The notes under the pieces: model-generated | Database searches by the model: none | What the model was told of the DNA's origin: nothing | Seen by the model: only the letters and a program-made list of their open reading frames with translations | In this document: positions 7,075-15,273 of the stretch, piece by piece | Layout of the letters: each line of letters begins with the position of its first letter | Numbering within the stretch: the stretch's first letter is position 1 | From: Allobaculum fili | Lineage (GTDB): Bacteria; Bacillota_I; Bacilli_A; Erysipelotrichales; Erysipelotrichaceae | Direction: 5' to 3' | Assembly: GCF_020969955.1 (NCBI RefSeq) | Contig: NZ_JAHDSX010000003.1 | Coordinates: 79,470 to 111,469, forward strand | DNA length: 32,000 bases | Made by a program: the position numbers and the translations under genes

Positions 7075-9117
7075 TTAAGCTTTTTTCTTTTTCACACCGT
7101 CAGCAGCTTCCGCTGGAGCCTGTGAAGGCTCGTCTTCTTTTTTCTGGTCCTGCGATTTTTCTTCCTTTGCTTTCAGTTCTGCGCTGTCTTTTTCATCCGG
7201 AGTCTGCGTTTTTTCTTCCGCTTCTGAAATGGCATTAACCCCAGCGTTTTCATTCTGGTCAAAGCGAACCAGTTTCCATTTCCCGTTGATTTTTACCGGC
7301 GCAACGCTGCGAATCATCCAGCCGCCGTCTTCAAACTCTCCGGCGTATTCGACTTTCAGACTGCCGTCCAGCATTTCAAATCCTTTTTTGGAATACGTTC
7401 CGATTCCATGCAGACCGGGTCTGGAAACGTCCAGGATTCCCTCTTTGGATTTCTTTCCGTCTGCGGAAATGATCGTGAACGTCCGATCTGTGTTCAGCGC
7501 TAAGAAGGGGCCCAGAGCATAGTTTTCCGTATTCACTATGCTCATGGCGGGAACTTCGCGTTCGATCAGTGCAAAACAGGGAATCTGTTTTGCATCGTAT
7601 GGACCGTAGGCTTTCCGGTTTACCGGATTGTAAATATAGTAGACATCCTCTTTCGCTTTGTCCTTTGCAGCGGGTGCCTTCTCATCGGAAGCGGCCTTTT
7701 TCTCGACGCGAACCAGAATCGGTGCGGCAGGCTGCTGGATGGCCGCTTTCTCATTTACAGTTTTTTCATTCGCAGAGGTTTCGCCGGACGCCTTTTTTGT
7801 ATCGTCTGCTCCCGCATTCGGATCCGCTTTTCCATCCTGAGCGGCATCGGCAGCAGATGGATCGGAATCGGACGCGTCGTTGTTCTCCTTAGCAATCGGT
7901 GCTTCCTGGGAAGCAATTTTTTCCGAAGTGTTTCCGACTACGATAAGTTCGAGCTTTTCGTTGAGCGCGTAATGCGTCGTCTTTTCTGCAGCCGTTTTTT
8001 CATTCTTGTCGGCTGCAGCCGGCTTTTCTTCCTTCTTCGCGGAAGAGGGCTTTTCCTCTTTCTTGACGGGCACAGCTTTTGCTTCATGCAGATCTTTTGT
8101 AATTTCGTACTGTTTGCCCTGATCGTCCGCGCGCAGTGAAACAGACTGGATGCTTTCCGGAATTTTCGCCTGCGAATTTTTCAGCAGAATCTCGCAGCTG
8201 AGCTTTCGATCCGTACGGGTAACTTTTCCCTGCGGGGTCACAAAGCCGTAAACGCCGTCGGCGGCGATCAGCCAGCCCTGTTCGCCAATTTCAATCGGGG
8301 TAAAATCGAGCGGACCTAAATCCGCAACTTTCGTCCATCCCGGATCGGTTTTTCCGTCTTCTTCCGGTCTGGTTACATTGGCGAGCTGCGTATCAAACTC
8401 TTCCTGCTCACTGTCCGGCAGACTGGCATGCGCATCCGCAACGACCTGCTGGGCTTCAATCACATCTCCGCTTTCGATCAGGACCTGATAAAGAAGCAGG
8501 TAGGCGTCGGATCGGGCGGGATTGATTTCAATTGCGGAATTCAGAAGACGGACAGCGGTCGCCACATCCGCCTGTTCAAGGGAATCCATCGCCTCATTCA
8601 TATGCTTGCTGTACTGAATCGTATCGGCAGCCGCATTCATGACTTCTTCGATCGGTACGGCCTGACCCGCTTCGGCCATCTCGTTCACGTTTTGGGTAAA
8701 CGTATCGTTTTCCTGCTGATCCAGAACGGTCTGCGCTTCTTCTACGAGCCCGATGAGCTGTTCTTCGTCGCCCTGATTCGAATACAGAGAATAGAGCTGT
8801 TCGTACGTATCGGATCGTTTCGGATCAATTTTCTTGGCTTCCAGAAGCGCTTCTTCCGCTTTGTCGTAATCCTGAGTTTCCATATATTTTTCTGCAGCCG
8901 CAATCGCTGCTTCATAGGAGTTTCCAGAATTCATCGACCGGCCCATCCAGCTGCCAAGGCCTACCCCGGCAGCGACGACTGCAGCCGTGCATCCAATTAA
9001 GATTCCTTTTTTGGCGCCTTTGGAAAGGCCGCCTTTCTTTTCGGGAGCCGGTGCTCCGCAGTTCATGCAGAACTTCATGCCGTCTGGAATTTCTGCTTTG
9101 CATTTTGGACATTTCAT
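7075..9117 (-). CDS. Zinc-ribbon / single-TM / TPR-like / K-E-A-P low-complexity protein with beta-rich W/G-motif C-terminal region
   Basis: Track ORF 7075..9186 starts with TTG. I prefer ATG 9117 (MKCPKCKAEIPDGMKFCMNCG), which has AGGAAG 8 nt upstream. The domain order is a CxxC-N10-CxxC zinc ribbon, a TM helix (ILIGCTAAVVAAGVGLGSWM), two TPR-like blocks, a long KKEEKP/AAEK low-complexity linker, then segments such as GWLIAADGVYGFVTPQGKV and INGKWKLVRFD. These segments are reminiscent of WG/KWG repeats, with low confidence. Confidence 0.7.
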   Translation of the reverse strand: MKCPKCKAEIPDGMKFCMNCGAPAPEKKGGLSKGAKKGILIGCTAAVVAAGVGLGSWMGRSMNSGNSYEAAIAAAEKYMETQDYDKAEEALLEAKKIDPKRSDTYEQLYSLYSNQGDEEQLIGLVEEAQTVLDQQENDTFTQNVNEMAEAGQAVPIEEVMNAAADTIQYSKHMNEAMDSLEQADVATAVRLLNSAIEINPARSDAYLLLYQVLIESGDVIEAQQVVADAHASLPDSEQEEFDTQLANVTRPEEDGKTDPGWTKVADLGPLDFTPIEIGEQGWLIAADGVYGFVTPQGKVTRTDRKLSCEILLKNSQAKIPESIQSVSLRADDQGKQYEITKDLHEAKAVPVKKEEKPSSAKKEEKPAAADKNEKTAAEKTTHYALNEKLELIVVGNTSEKIASQEAPIAKENNDASDSDPSAADAAQDGKADPNAGADDTKKASGETSANEKTVNEKAAIQQPAAPILVRVEKKAASDEKAPAAKDKAKEDVYYIYNPVNRKAYGPYDAKQIPCFALIEREVPAMSIVNTENYALGPFLALNTDRTFTIISADGKKSKEGILDVSRPGLHGIGTYSKKGFEMLDGSLKVEYAGEFEDGGWMIRSVAPVKINGKWKLVRFDQNENAGVNAISEAEEKTQTPDEKDSAELKAKEEKSQDQKKEDEPSQAPAEAADGVKKKKA

Positions 9118-9815
9118 ATGGGTTCTTCCTGCCTTTTCTTCTCTTTTCACTACCGTAGAAACCGCCGTTTCCCGGTCTGCCTTCAAGCCTTGCGAAGGTT
9201 CGCCAGGAAATGCGTGCTTTATCTTTAACCGTTCTTTGTGCCGGTTGATTTGTTAGGACACTCCGAGCCTTTCCTCCGCTGTGATGTATAGGAAAGGCTC
9301 GAATTCGATCTAGATATAATCGTAATTAAAATTTACTGCCTTTCTTCGTTTCCCAAAAAGAAGGGGTGATTCTGTCGGCTTTCGAACTTGTTTTTGCCCA
9401 ATCTGCGCAGTTTTTGTGTCGTAAGTTTTCCATTCTCTCGCATGCCCTGGATCATCCGCTCGCGTTCCGACCGTCCGATTGGCCGATCCGGGTGTAATTC
9501 TTTCTTCGGTTTCTCTGGCTCTCACAGCGCCGGCCTTTTTTCGGAACAGAATTTCCGGTTTGGTCCTGCAAAAAAGAGCGCCTTCCAAAAGCGCCCGGAT
9601 CCTCTCCAAAGAAAGGGTTCGTCTTTGAAGATCTCTTCTGTTTGAGCTCAGAGCAGAATTTTTACCCCTCCAAAATTCAGTTTTCTCGTACTTCTATACT
9701 GAAAACCAGATACAGGTTCGGTTCCCCCGATCGCTTCTCTTTATCGCTGAGAAGCGAAGGAATCGAATTCGCGTTCCGTTCCTGGTTTCTCAGGGAAAAA
9801 AGGAGGAAATACATT

Positions 9816-10553
9816 ATGCATTACGACTATGCAGAAGAAACCCATAAATGGGTTCTGGATGCGTTTGAAGAAATCGGCATCCACAAATTCGACGACACGA
9901 ACGACGGCCTGATCCGCTTCTCCATGCTTGTGCCGAAGTCCAAATTCAGAGCCTACGATTTCGCGATCCGGCTGTGCGATCATACCCTCACCATGTACAT
10001 GATCGCTCCCTTCCGCGGGGATGACAGCGATCGCAAAATGATGACGAAACTGGCTGTTCTTCAGACGAATGCCAACTACGGGCTGCGCAACGGAAACTTC
10101 GAAATGGATTTGCGCGATGGAGAAATCCGCTACAAAACGTACATCAACCTGGAAAACAGTACCGTAAATCCAGACGTGCTCGATGACGCGATCCACATGT
10201 CCATCGCCGCCTTCGACGTCTATGGAAAGGATATGGCGAAGATCGTCTATGGATTCGGTCAGGAATCCGAAGACGAAGAATTGGATGACGAAAAAGACGA
10301 AACGGAATCCGTTTCCGTCCACAGCGATTCCCCGATCCGCCGGCTGCGCGCGAAAATCATCGAGGCGCTCGAGATGCAGCCGACAGAAAACTTCTTTGAA
10401 CATCTTTATCAGCTCTTTGGCGGCGAATCCCCCGAAGGGGAAACCGCGGACCCGGAAACCGTCATCGATCTGGTTGCGGAAACACTCGATCTGCCCCCTA
10501 CAAAGATTCTGGAAACGATCATGGACACGCTTCGCGAGTTCAGCGGGGAGTAA
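9816..10553 (+). CDS. YbjN / type III secretion chaperone-like domain protein with acidic C-terminal tail (function tentative)
   Basis: Track ORF 9642..10553. An in-frame ATG at 9816 is preceded by AAAGGAGGAAA (MHYDYAEETHKWV). The N-terminal roughly 150 aa show the YbjN-like pattern (LIRFSMLV, DFAIRLCDHTLTMYMIAP, ANYGLRNGNFEMDLRDGEIRYKTYI). The C-terminal 90 aa are very acidic (ESEDEELDDEKDETE). The family assignment is from memory and is not an HMM result. Confidence 0.6.
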   Translation: MHYDYAEETHKWVLDAFEEIGIHKFDDTNDGLIRFSMLVPKSKFRAYDFAIRLCDHTLTMYMIAPFRGDDSDRKMMTKLAVLQTNANYGLRNGNFEMDLRDGEIRYKTYINLENSTVNPDVLDDAIHMSIAAFDVYGKDMAKIVYGFGQESEDEELDDEKDETESVSVHSDSPIRRLRAKIIEALEMQPTENFFEHLYQLFGGESPEGETADPETVIDLVAETLDLPPTKILETIMDTLREFSGE

Positions 10554-10658
10554 GAGGCCGGATCGGCTGAACCCATCCGCAAACCAGACGGATCCAGAAG
10601 GTATTTTTCTCGTCTGAGGCTTTCTGATCTGGTGACGCTCAAATACCACAAAACCATG

Positions 10659-10697
10659 CAAGGTACAGCTCAAAAAGCTGTACCTTGTCTGTTTTCG
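10659..10697 (+). terminator. Intrinsic terminator after the YbjN-like gene
   Basis: Perfect 12-bp stem CAAGGTACAGCT / AGCTGTACCTTG with a 5-nt loop, followed by TCTGTTTTCGG. Confidence 0.7.
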
Positions 10698-10787
10698 GAT
10701 GTCCTGTCCGTCTGGATCTGTCTTTTGAGGAAAGATTTACAGAATATCTTGCTTTTTACGCTATACTTAAAGCAAGGAATTATACAT

Positions 10788-11150
10788 ATGACAATTGGTG
10801 ACCGTCTTAAATACATTCGAATTCAGCGCAAGAAAACTCTTGAAGAAGTCGCGGCAGCCGTCGGCGTCAACCCGACTTCCATTTCCAAATACGAGACCAA
10901 CCGCATCAAGAACATCCCCCAGAAAAAGCTCGAAGAGCTTGCCCGCTATTTTGACGTCTCCATTTATTACATTCTGGGACTGACCGATCCGGGAGACGCT
11001 TCCCCTCTGATTCTTTCGATTGATGAACAGATGCTCGTTGAAGACTATCGAAAGCTTTCCCATGAGGATCAGGTCACCGTGCAGATTCTGGTCAAGCGGC
11101 TGCTTGAAGTGGCGTCCGATCCGAAGGATTATGTGCAGCTGACGCTGTGA
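10788..11150 (+). CDS. XRE-family helix-turn-helix transcriptional regulator (120 aa)
   Basis: Track ORF 10632..11150, with an in-frame ATG at 10788 after AAGGAA. The sequence MTIGDRLKYIRIQRKKTLEEVAAAVGVNPTSISKYETNRIKNIPQKKLEELARYFDVSIYYILG is a classic HTH_3/XRE pattern. Confidence 0.85.
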   Translation: MTIGDRLKYIRIQRKKTLEEVAAAVGVNPTSISKYETNRIKNIPQKKLEELARYFDVSIYYILGLTDPGDASPLILSIDEQMLVEDYRKLSHEDQVTVQILVKRLLEVASDPKDYVQLTL

Positions 11151-11256
11151 CCTTTTCCTGCCAGATCCTGTTCTTTATCCAAAACAGACAGAAGAATCCG
11201 GATCCATCTGGATCCATAATTTCTAGCTTCGCAAATTTATAGCTTTACGCTTCGCG

Positions 11257-11310
11257 AAAAAAGCCGCAGTCCGACACATCGATCGTGTGTCCAACTGCGG
11301 CTTTCGTGTT
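11257..11310. terminator. Bidirectional intrinsic terminator between the XRE gene (+) and the Sir2 gene (-)
   Basis: Long hairpin GCCGCAGTCCGACACATCGATCGTGTGTCCAACTGCGGC. It is flanked by AAAAAA on the left (a T-run for the minus strand) and TTTCGTGTTT on the right. Confidence 0.7.
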
Positions 11311-11372
11311 TATCAGAGATTCAACAGGAACGAAGAAACCGGGCTGGAAACGGTCTTCCTTCCAGTTCTGTC

Positions 11373-12122
11373 CTATTCTTCGGCTTTGAGTTCCTTTACG
11401 GCTTCGCCGAGAACTTTGCCGATGGAATCGTGAATGACCAGATCCGCCTGATTGTCATACGGGGTGCTGTCCCGGTTGATCAGAACAAGGTAGCGGCCGC
11501 GGAAATACTGCAGAAGTCCGGCTGCCGGGTAAACCTGAAGGCTGGTACCGCCAACGATCATGCAGTCAGCCTGAGCGATAGCCGAAACCGCCTGGTTCAG
11601 AACGCTGCCGTCCAGGGATTCTTCATACAGAACGACATCCGGTTTAATGATGGCGCCGTCTTTCGGATCTCTTGGAATGCCGTCCTGATCGCGGTTTTTC
11701 ATCGTTTCTTCGAGCGTGAAAAACGTATGGTCTTTCGTACAGTAGTTGCGCAGAACGGATCCGTGCAGTTCCAGCACGTTGAGCGATCCGGCTTTCTGAT
11801 GCAGACCGTCAATGTTCTGGGTAATTACGGCTTTCAGCTTGCCCATCTTTTCCAGATCCGCCAGCGCGTAATGCGCGGCGTTTGGAACGGCGTCGAGATA
11901 AATCATTTCATTGAAGTAGAAATTGAAAAATTCCTTGGGGTGACGGACAAAAAACGAATGGGAAAGCATCGTTTCCGCTGGATAGGGATACTTGTTTTCC
12001 TTTTTCTCTCCATAGAGACCCGTCGGAGAACGGAAATCTGGAATATTGCTTTCGGTCGAAACGCCGGCTCCGCCAAAAAAGACAATATTGCTGGAATCGC
12101 GAAGAATATCTGTAAGCGTCAT
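11373..12122 (-). CDS. cobB: NAD-dependent protein deacylase, Sir2/CobB family
   Basis: Motifs seen: GAGVSTESNIPDFRS, QNIDGLH, ELHGS, and GTSLQVYPAA in the C-terminal Rossmann part. Length 249 aa. Confidence 0.9.
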   Translation of the reverse strand: MTLTDILRDSSNIVFFGGAGVSTESNIPDFRSPTGLYGEKKENKYPYPAETMLSHSFFVRHPKEFFNFYFNEMIYLDAVPNAAHYALADLEKMGKLKAVITQNIDGLHQKAGSLNVLELHGSVLRNYCTKDHTFFTLEETMKNRDQDGIPRDPKDGAIIKPDVVLYEESLDGSVLNQAVSAIAQADCMIVGGTSLQVYPAAGLLQYFRGRYLVLINRDSTPYDNQADLVIHDSIGKVLGEAVKELKAEE

Positions 12123-12166
12123 ATGGCTTTACTCCTTTATTTTCCTGCCTGGGCAGCCGTCAGGCT

Positions 12167-12199
12167 GAAAAAAGACCGGAAGAAAATCTCTCCCGGTCT
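12167..12199 (-). terminator. Intrinsic terminator after clpB
   Basis: On the minus strand the hairpin is AGACCGG-N13-CCGGTCT followed by TTTTTTCAG. It lies 10 nt after the clpB stop. Confidence 0.65.
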
Positions 12200-12209
12200 G
12201 ATTATAAAT

Positions 12210-14783
12210 CTAGTCTTCTTTTTTAATGATGCCGACGGTGAATTTTCCGTCTTTGATATCTACATAGATATCGGCGTCGTTCATGATGCCTTCTTCAATC
12301 ATCTTACGGGCGATGTCCGTTTCGAGATAACGCTGAATGTAACGCTTCATTGGACGAGCACCAAAGACAGGGTCTACGCCGTTTTCGGCGATCTTGTCGT
12401 AGGCTTTGTCGCTGACATGCAGGCGAATATTTTTTTCAGCCAGACGATGTTCGAGTTCGCCGACGAACTTGTGCGCGATCTTGATGAAGGCTTTGTCATC
12501 GAGTGCGTTGAAGACCACGATGTCATCAATACGGTTGATGAATTCTGGACGGAAGTGCTTCTTAACTTCTTCCATGTATTTCTCATGGAGAATTTCCGGT
12601 TCCTTGGCATACTCAAACGCATACTGAGCGCCGAGGTTGGACGTCAGAATGATAATCGTATTCTTGAAGTCGACGGTAACCCCCTTGGAGTCGGTGATAC
12701 GGCCGTCATCGAGGATCTGCAGCAGAACGTTGAAGACATCCGGATGGGCTTTTTCTACCTCATCAAAGAGGACGATCGAGTACGGATTACGACGAACGGC
12801 TTCGGTCAGCTGACCGCCTTCTTCGTGTCCAACGTATCCAGGAGGCGCTCCGATCAGACGGCTCACAGCGTGTTTCTCCATATATTCCGACATGTCGATT
12901 CGTACGATATGACGTTCATCATCGAACAGCTGCTGTGCCAGCGTCTTGGCGACTTCGGTTTTACCTACGCCGGTAGGACCGAGGAACAGGAAGGAACCGA
13001 TCGGCCGGTTTTCATCCTGAATCTGCGCTTTGGAACGAAGGATGGCATCGACAACCAGATTGATCGCATGATCCTGGCCGACAACGCGTTTTTCCATTTC
13101 GTTCTGGAGATTGAGCAGTTTCTTGCGTTCGCTCTCAACCAGACGGCTGACTTCTACGCCGGTCCAGCGGGAAATAATCTTGGCGATCATTTCTTCGTTG
13201 ACGGTTTCCTGAATCAGAGCATCTTCACCGGCTTCTTCTCCCTGACGGGCAGCAATGCGGGCTTCGAGCTCAGGAATTGTTGCGTAGCGCAGTTTGGCTG
13301 CATCTTCGTAGCGGGCTTCGTTCTGGGCAGTTTCCAGATCGAGCTTGGCTTTTTCAAGGGCCTGCTTGTCTTCTTTTGCGAGTTCAATTTCACGCTTTTC
13401 GTCTTCCCACTTGGAGTAGAGTTCATCACGCTTGGATTGCAGACGGCCCATTTCTTCTTCAATTTCTTTACGGCGTTCCGCGGCTTTCTTATCGTCTTCA
13501 TCCATCAGAGACGTTTTCTCAATCTGGAGAAGCATGATCTTACGCTGCAGTTCGTCGAGTTCCTGCGGCATGGATTCCATTTCGACTTTCAGCGTCGCAC
13601 AGGCTTCGTCGACCAGGTCGATGGCTTTATCCGGCAGGAAACGGTCGGTAATGTAACGATCGGAAAGCGCGGCGGCAGCAACGAGCGAATCGTCGTTGAT
13701 GTGTACGCCATGGTAGGATTCAAAACGGTCTTTCAAACCGCGCAGAATGGAAATGGTATCTTCTACGTTTGGTTCCTTGACCTGAACCTGCTGGAAACGG
13801 CGTTCGAGAGCCGCATCCTTTTCGATGTATTTGCGGTATTCGTTAAAGGTGGTGGCACCAATCATGTGCAGTTCGCCGCGTGCCAGCATTGGCTTGAGCA
13901 GGTTGGCTGCATCCATGGAACCTTCGGTCTTGCCGGCGCCGACCAGGTTATGAATTTCATCAATAAACAGAATGATCTGACCCTGAGACTGTTTGACTTC
14001 ATCCAGAATGGCTTTCAGTCGTTCCTCAAATTCGCCGCGGTATTTCGCGCCGGCGATCAGAGATCCCATATCCAGTTCGATCAGTTTCTTGTCTTTCAGA
14101 GATTCTGGAACATCATCCTTGAAAATACGCCATGCGAGTCCTTCAACAACAGCCGTTTTACCAACGCCTGGTTCACCAATCAGAACCGGGTTGTTTTTGG
14201 TTTTACGTGAAAGGATCTGCATCATCCGGCGGATCTCATCATCACGTCCAATGATTGGATCAATTTTGCCTTCGCGTACTTCAGCGACCAGGTCGCGTCC
14301 ATATTTTTTCAGGGCTTCAAGGTTTTCTTCAGAATTCGGGGTATCCATTTTACGTCCTCCGCGGCGTTCCAGTTCAGCCTGGTAGCACTGCTGCTCGGTC
14401 AGGTTGAAAATCTGAACCAGCTTGCGGGAGATATACGACTTGTTGAACATCAGAGCAATCCAGAGCGTAGCCGTACTGAGGTAGGTCTCTTCGTGTTCCG
14501 CTGCCCATTTGGACGCGGTCTCGATGGACTTCTGAACTTCATTGCTCAGGTTGATGTTCGCGGAGCTGGATTTAACGATATTCTTTTCTTCTTCACGGAT
14601 TACGGAAAGAGCAGTCTGCGGATTCACATTCAGCCGATCAAACAGGCCTTTGAGAGTACCGTCTTTGAACATCGCCTCGAGAACATCAATCGTATCCACG
14701 CTGGCATGAGATTTTGCTTTCGCATCATTCATGGCTTCAACCAGGATCTTCTGAAGATTCTCGGACATCTTATCAAATTCCAT
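12210..14783 (-). CDS. clpB: ATP-dependent disaggregase chaperone ClpB
   Basis: 857 aa. It has an N-domain and two AAA+ modules ([16 protein letters not shown]) plus the motif [33 protein letters not shown] long coiled-coil middle domain sits between NBD1 and NBD2, which is characteristic of ClpB. Confidence 0.95.
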   Translation of the reverse strand: MEFDKMSENLQKILVEAMNDAKAKSHASVDTIDVLEAMFKDGTLKGLFDRLNVNPQTALSVIREEEKNIVKSSSANINLSNEVQKSIETASKWAAEHEETYLSTATLWIALMFNKSYISRKLVQIFNLTEQQCYQAELERRGGRKMDTPNSEENLEALKKYGRDLVAEVREGKIDPIIGRDDEIRRMMQILSRKTKNNPVLIGEPGVGKTAVVEGLAWRIFKDDVPESLKDKKLIELDMGSLIAGAKYRGEFEERLKAILDEVKQSQGQIILFIDEIHNLVGAGKTEGSMDAANLLKPMLARGELHMIGATTFNEYRKYIEKDAALERRFQQVQVKEPNVEDTISILRGLKDRFESYHGVHINDDSLVAAAALSDRYITDRFLPDKAIDLVDEACATLKVEMESMPQELDELQRKIMLLQIEKTSLMDEDDKKAAERRKEIEEEMGRLQSKRDELYSKWEDEKREIELAKEDKQALEKAKLDLETAQNEARYEDAAKLRYATIPELEARIAARQGEEAGEDALIQETVNEEMIAKIISRWTGVEVSRLVESERKKLLNLQNEMEKRVVGQDHAINLVVDAILRSKAQIQDENRPIGSFLFLGPTGVGKTEVAKTLAQQLFDDERHIVRIDMSEYMEKHAVSRLIGAPPGYVGHEEGGQLTEAVRRNPYSIVLFDEVEKAHPDVFNVLLQILDDGRITDSKGVTVDFKNTIIILTSNLGAQYAFEYAKEPEILHEKYMEEVKKHFRPEFINRIDDIVVFNALDDKAFIKIAHKFVGELEHRLAEKNIRLHVSDKAYDKIAENGVDPVFGARPMKRYIQRYLETDIARKMIEEGIMNDADIYVDIKDGKFTVGIIKKED

Positions 14784-14813
14784 ACTTTCCCTCCTTGTCT
14801 ATCTAACATCCTC

Positions 14814-14819
14814 ATTATA
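14814..14819 (-). promoter_or_regulatory. Candidate -10 box (TATAAT) for clpB
   Basis: An exact TATAAT on the minus strand lies about 30 nt upstream of the clpB ATG. The matching -35 is poor. Confidence 0.3.
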
Positions 14820-15273
14820 GGCGCAGGACTTCATTCCCATTTCGAGGATGCCTAAAACATTTATCACTCCGCAATGCAGACCGCCTAAGCCCGTCCTGTA
14901 CACTGAAACGCTTCCTCTAGCTCGTCAGTTTCAGCATTGTGTACAGGCCTGGCATCGTTTAAAAGCACATTGACCGTATTTCTATTCGGGCAAAGCCTCA
15001 TAACCTCTTCTTTTTAAAGACTACAGTGATCTTAGCGAGTTCTGCTCGATCCGATGGAAGCCCATTCCCCCAGAAGTAATGCCTTCAAGCCCGGTTTCTT
15101 TTTTTTCTGGACGTATTTGGCTTAGATAAACCGCTGACCAGAATTCAATTTTAGTCCCGGCTGCGAATGTTTTCTTTTTGTTCAGACTGCGCTTTCCAGA
15201 GATGATCCTGCACGTCATTCGCTCTTCCATTAAAATTTAAATTCCATAATATTTCACAGTCTGGAGAATAGAC

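Noticed and set aside
9310-9609. 99-aa minus-strand ORF in the divergent intergenic region, considered as a possible WXG100/EsxA-like substrate.
   Set aside because: It has no W-x-G motif and no helical-hairpin character. The composition is very basic and Arg/Thr/Gly-rich, and there is no SD. It was not called.
9741-10673. 310-aa minus-strand ORF opposite the YbjN-like gene.
   Set aside because: The plus-strand gene has a strong SD, a clean terminator and coherent domain-like sequence. The minus-strand ORF has none of these and looks like shadow composition.
11373-12122. Sir2 domain as an anti-phage defence effector (Thoeris ThsA / DSR-like).
   Set aside because: The protein is a 249-aa stand-alone canonical deacylase core with no SLOG, TIR or large accessory domains. 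Its neighbours are housekeeping genes, so it fits CobB-type metabolism.
11430-14210. 926-aa plus-strand ORF spanning the Sir2 and ClpB loci.
   Set aside because: It is antisense to two unambiguous genes (cobB, clpB) and even crosses their intergenic terminator. The sequence is Phe/Val/Asn-rich nonsense with no domains.
14860-14990. Possible CIRCE (TTAGGCGGT-N10-GAGTGATAA on the minus strand) or CtsR (single GGTCAAT heptad) operators upstream of clpB.
   Set aside because: The left CIRCE arm matches only about 4 of 9 positions, and the two arms are not mutually complementary. CtsR needs a tandem heptad and only one copy is present.
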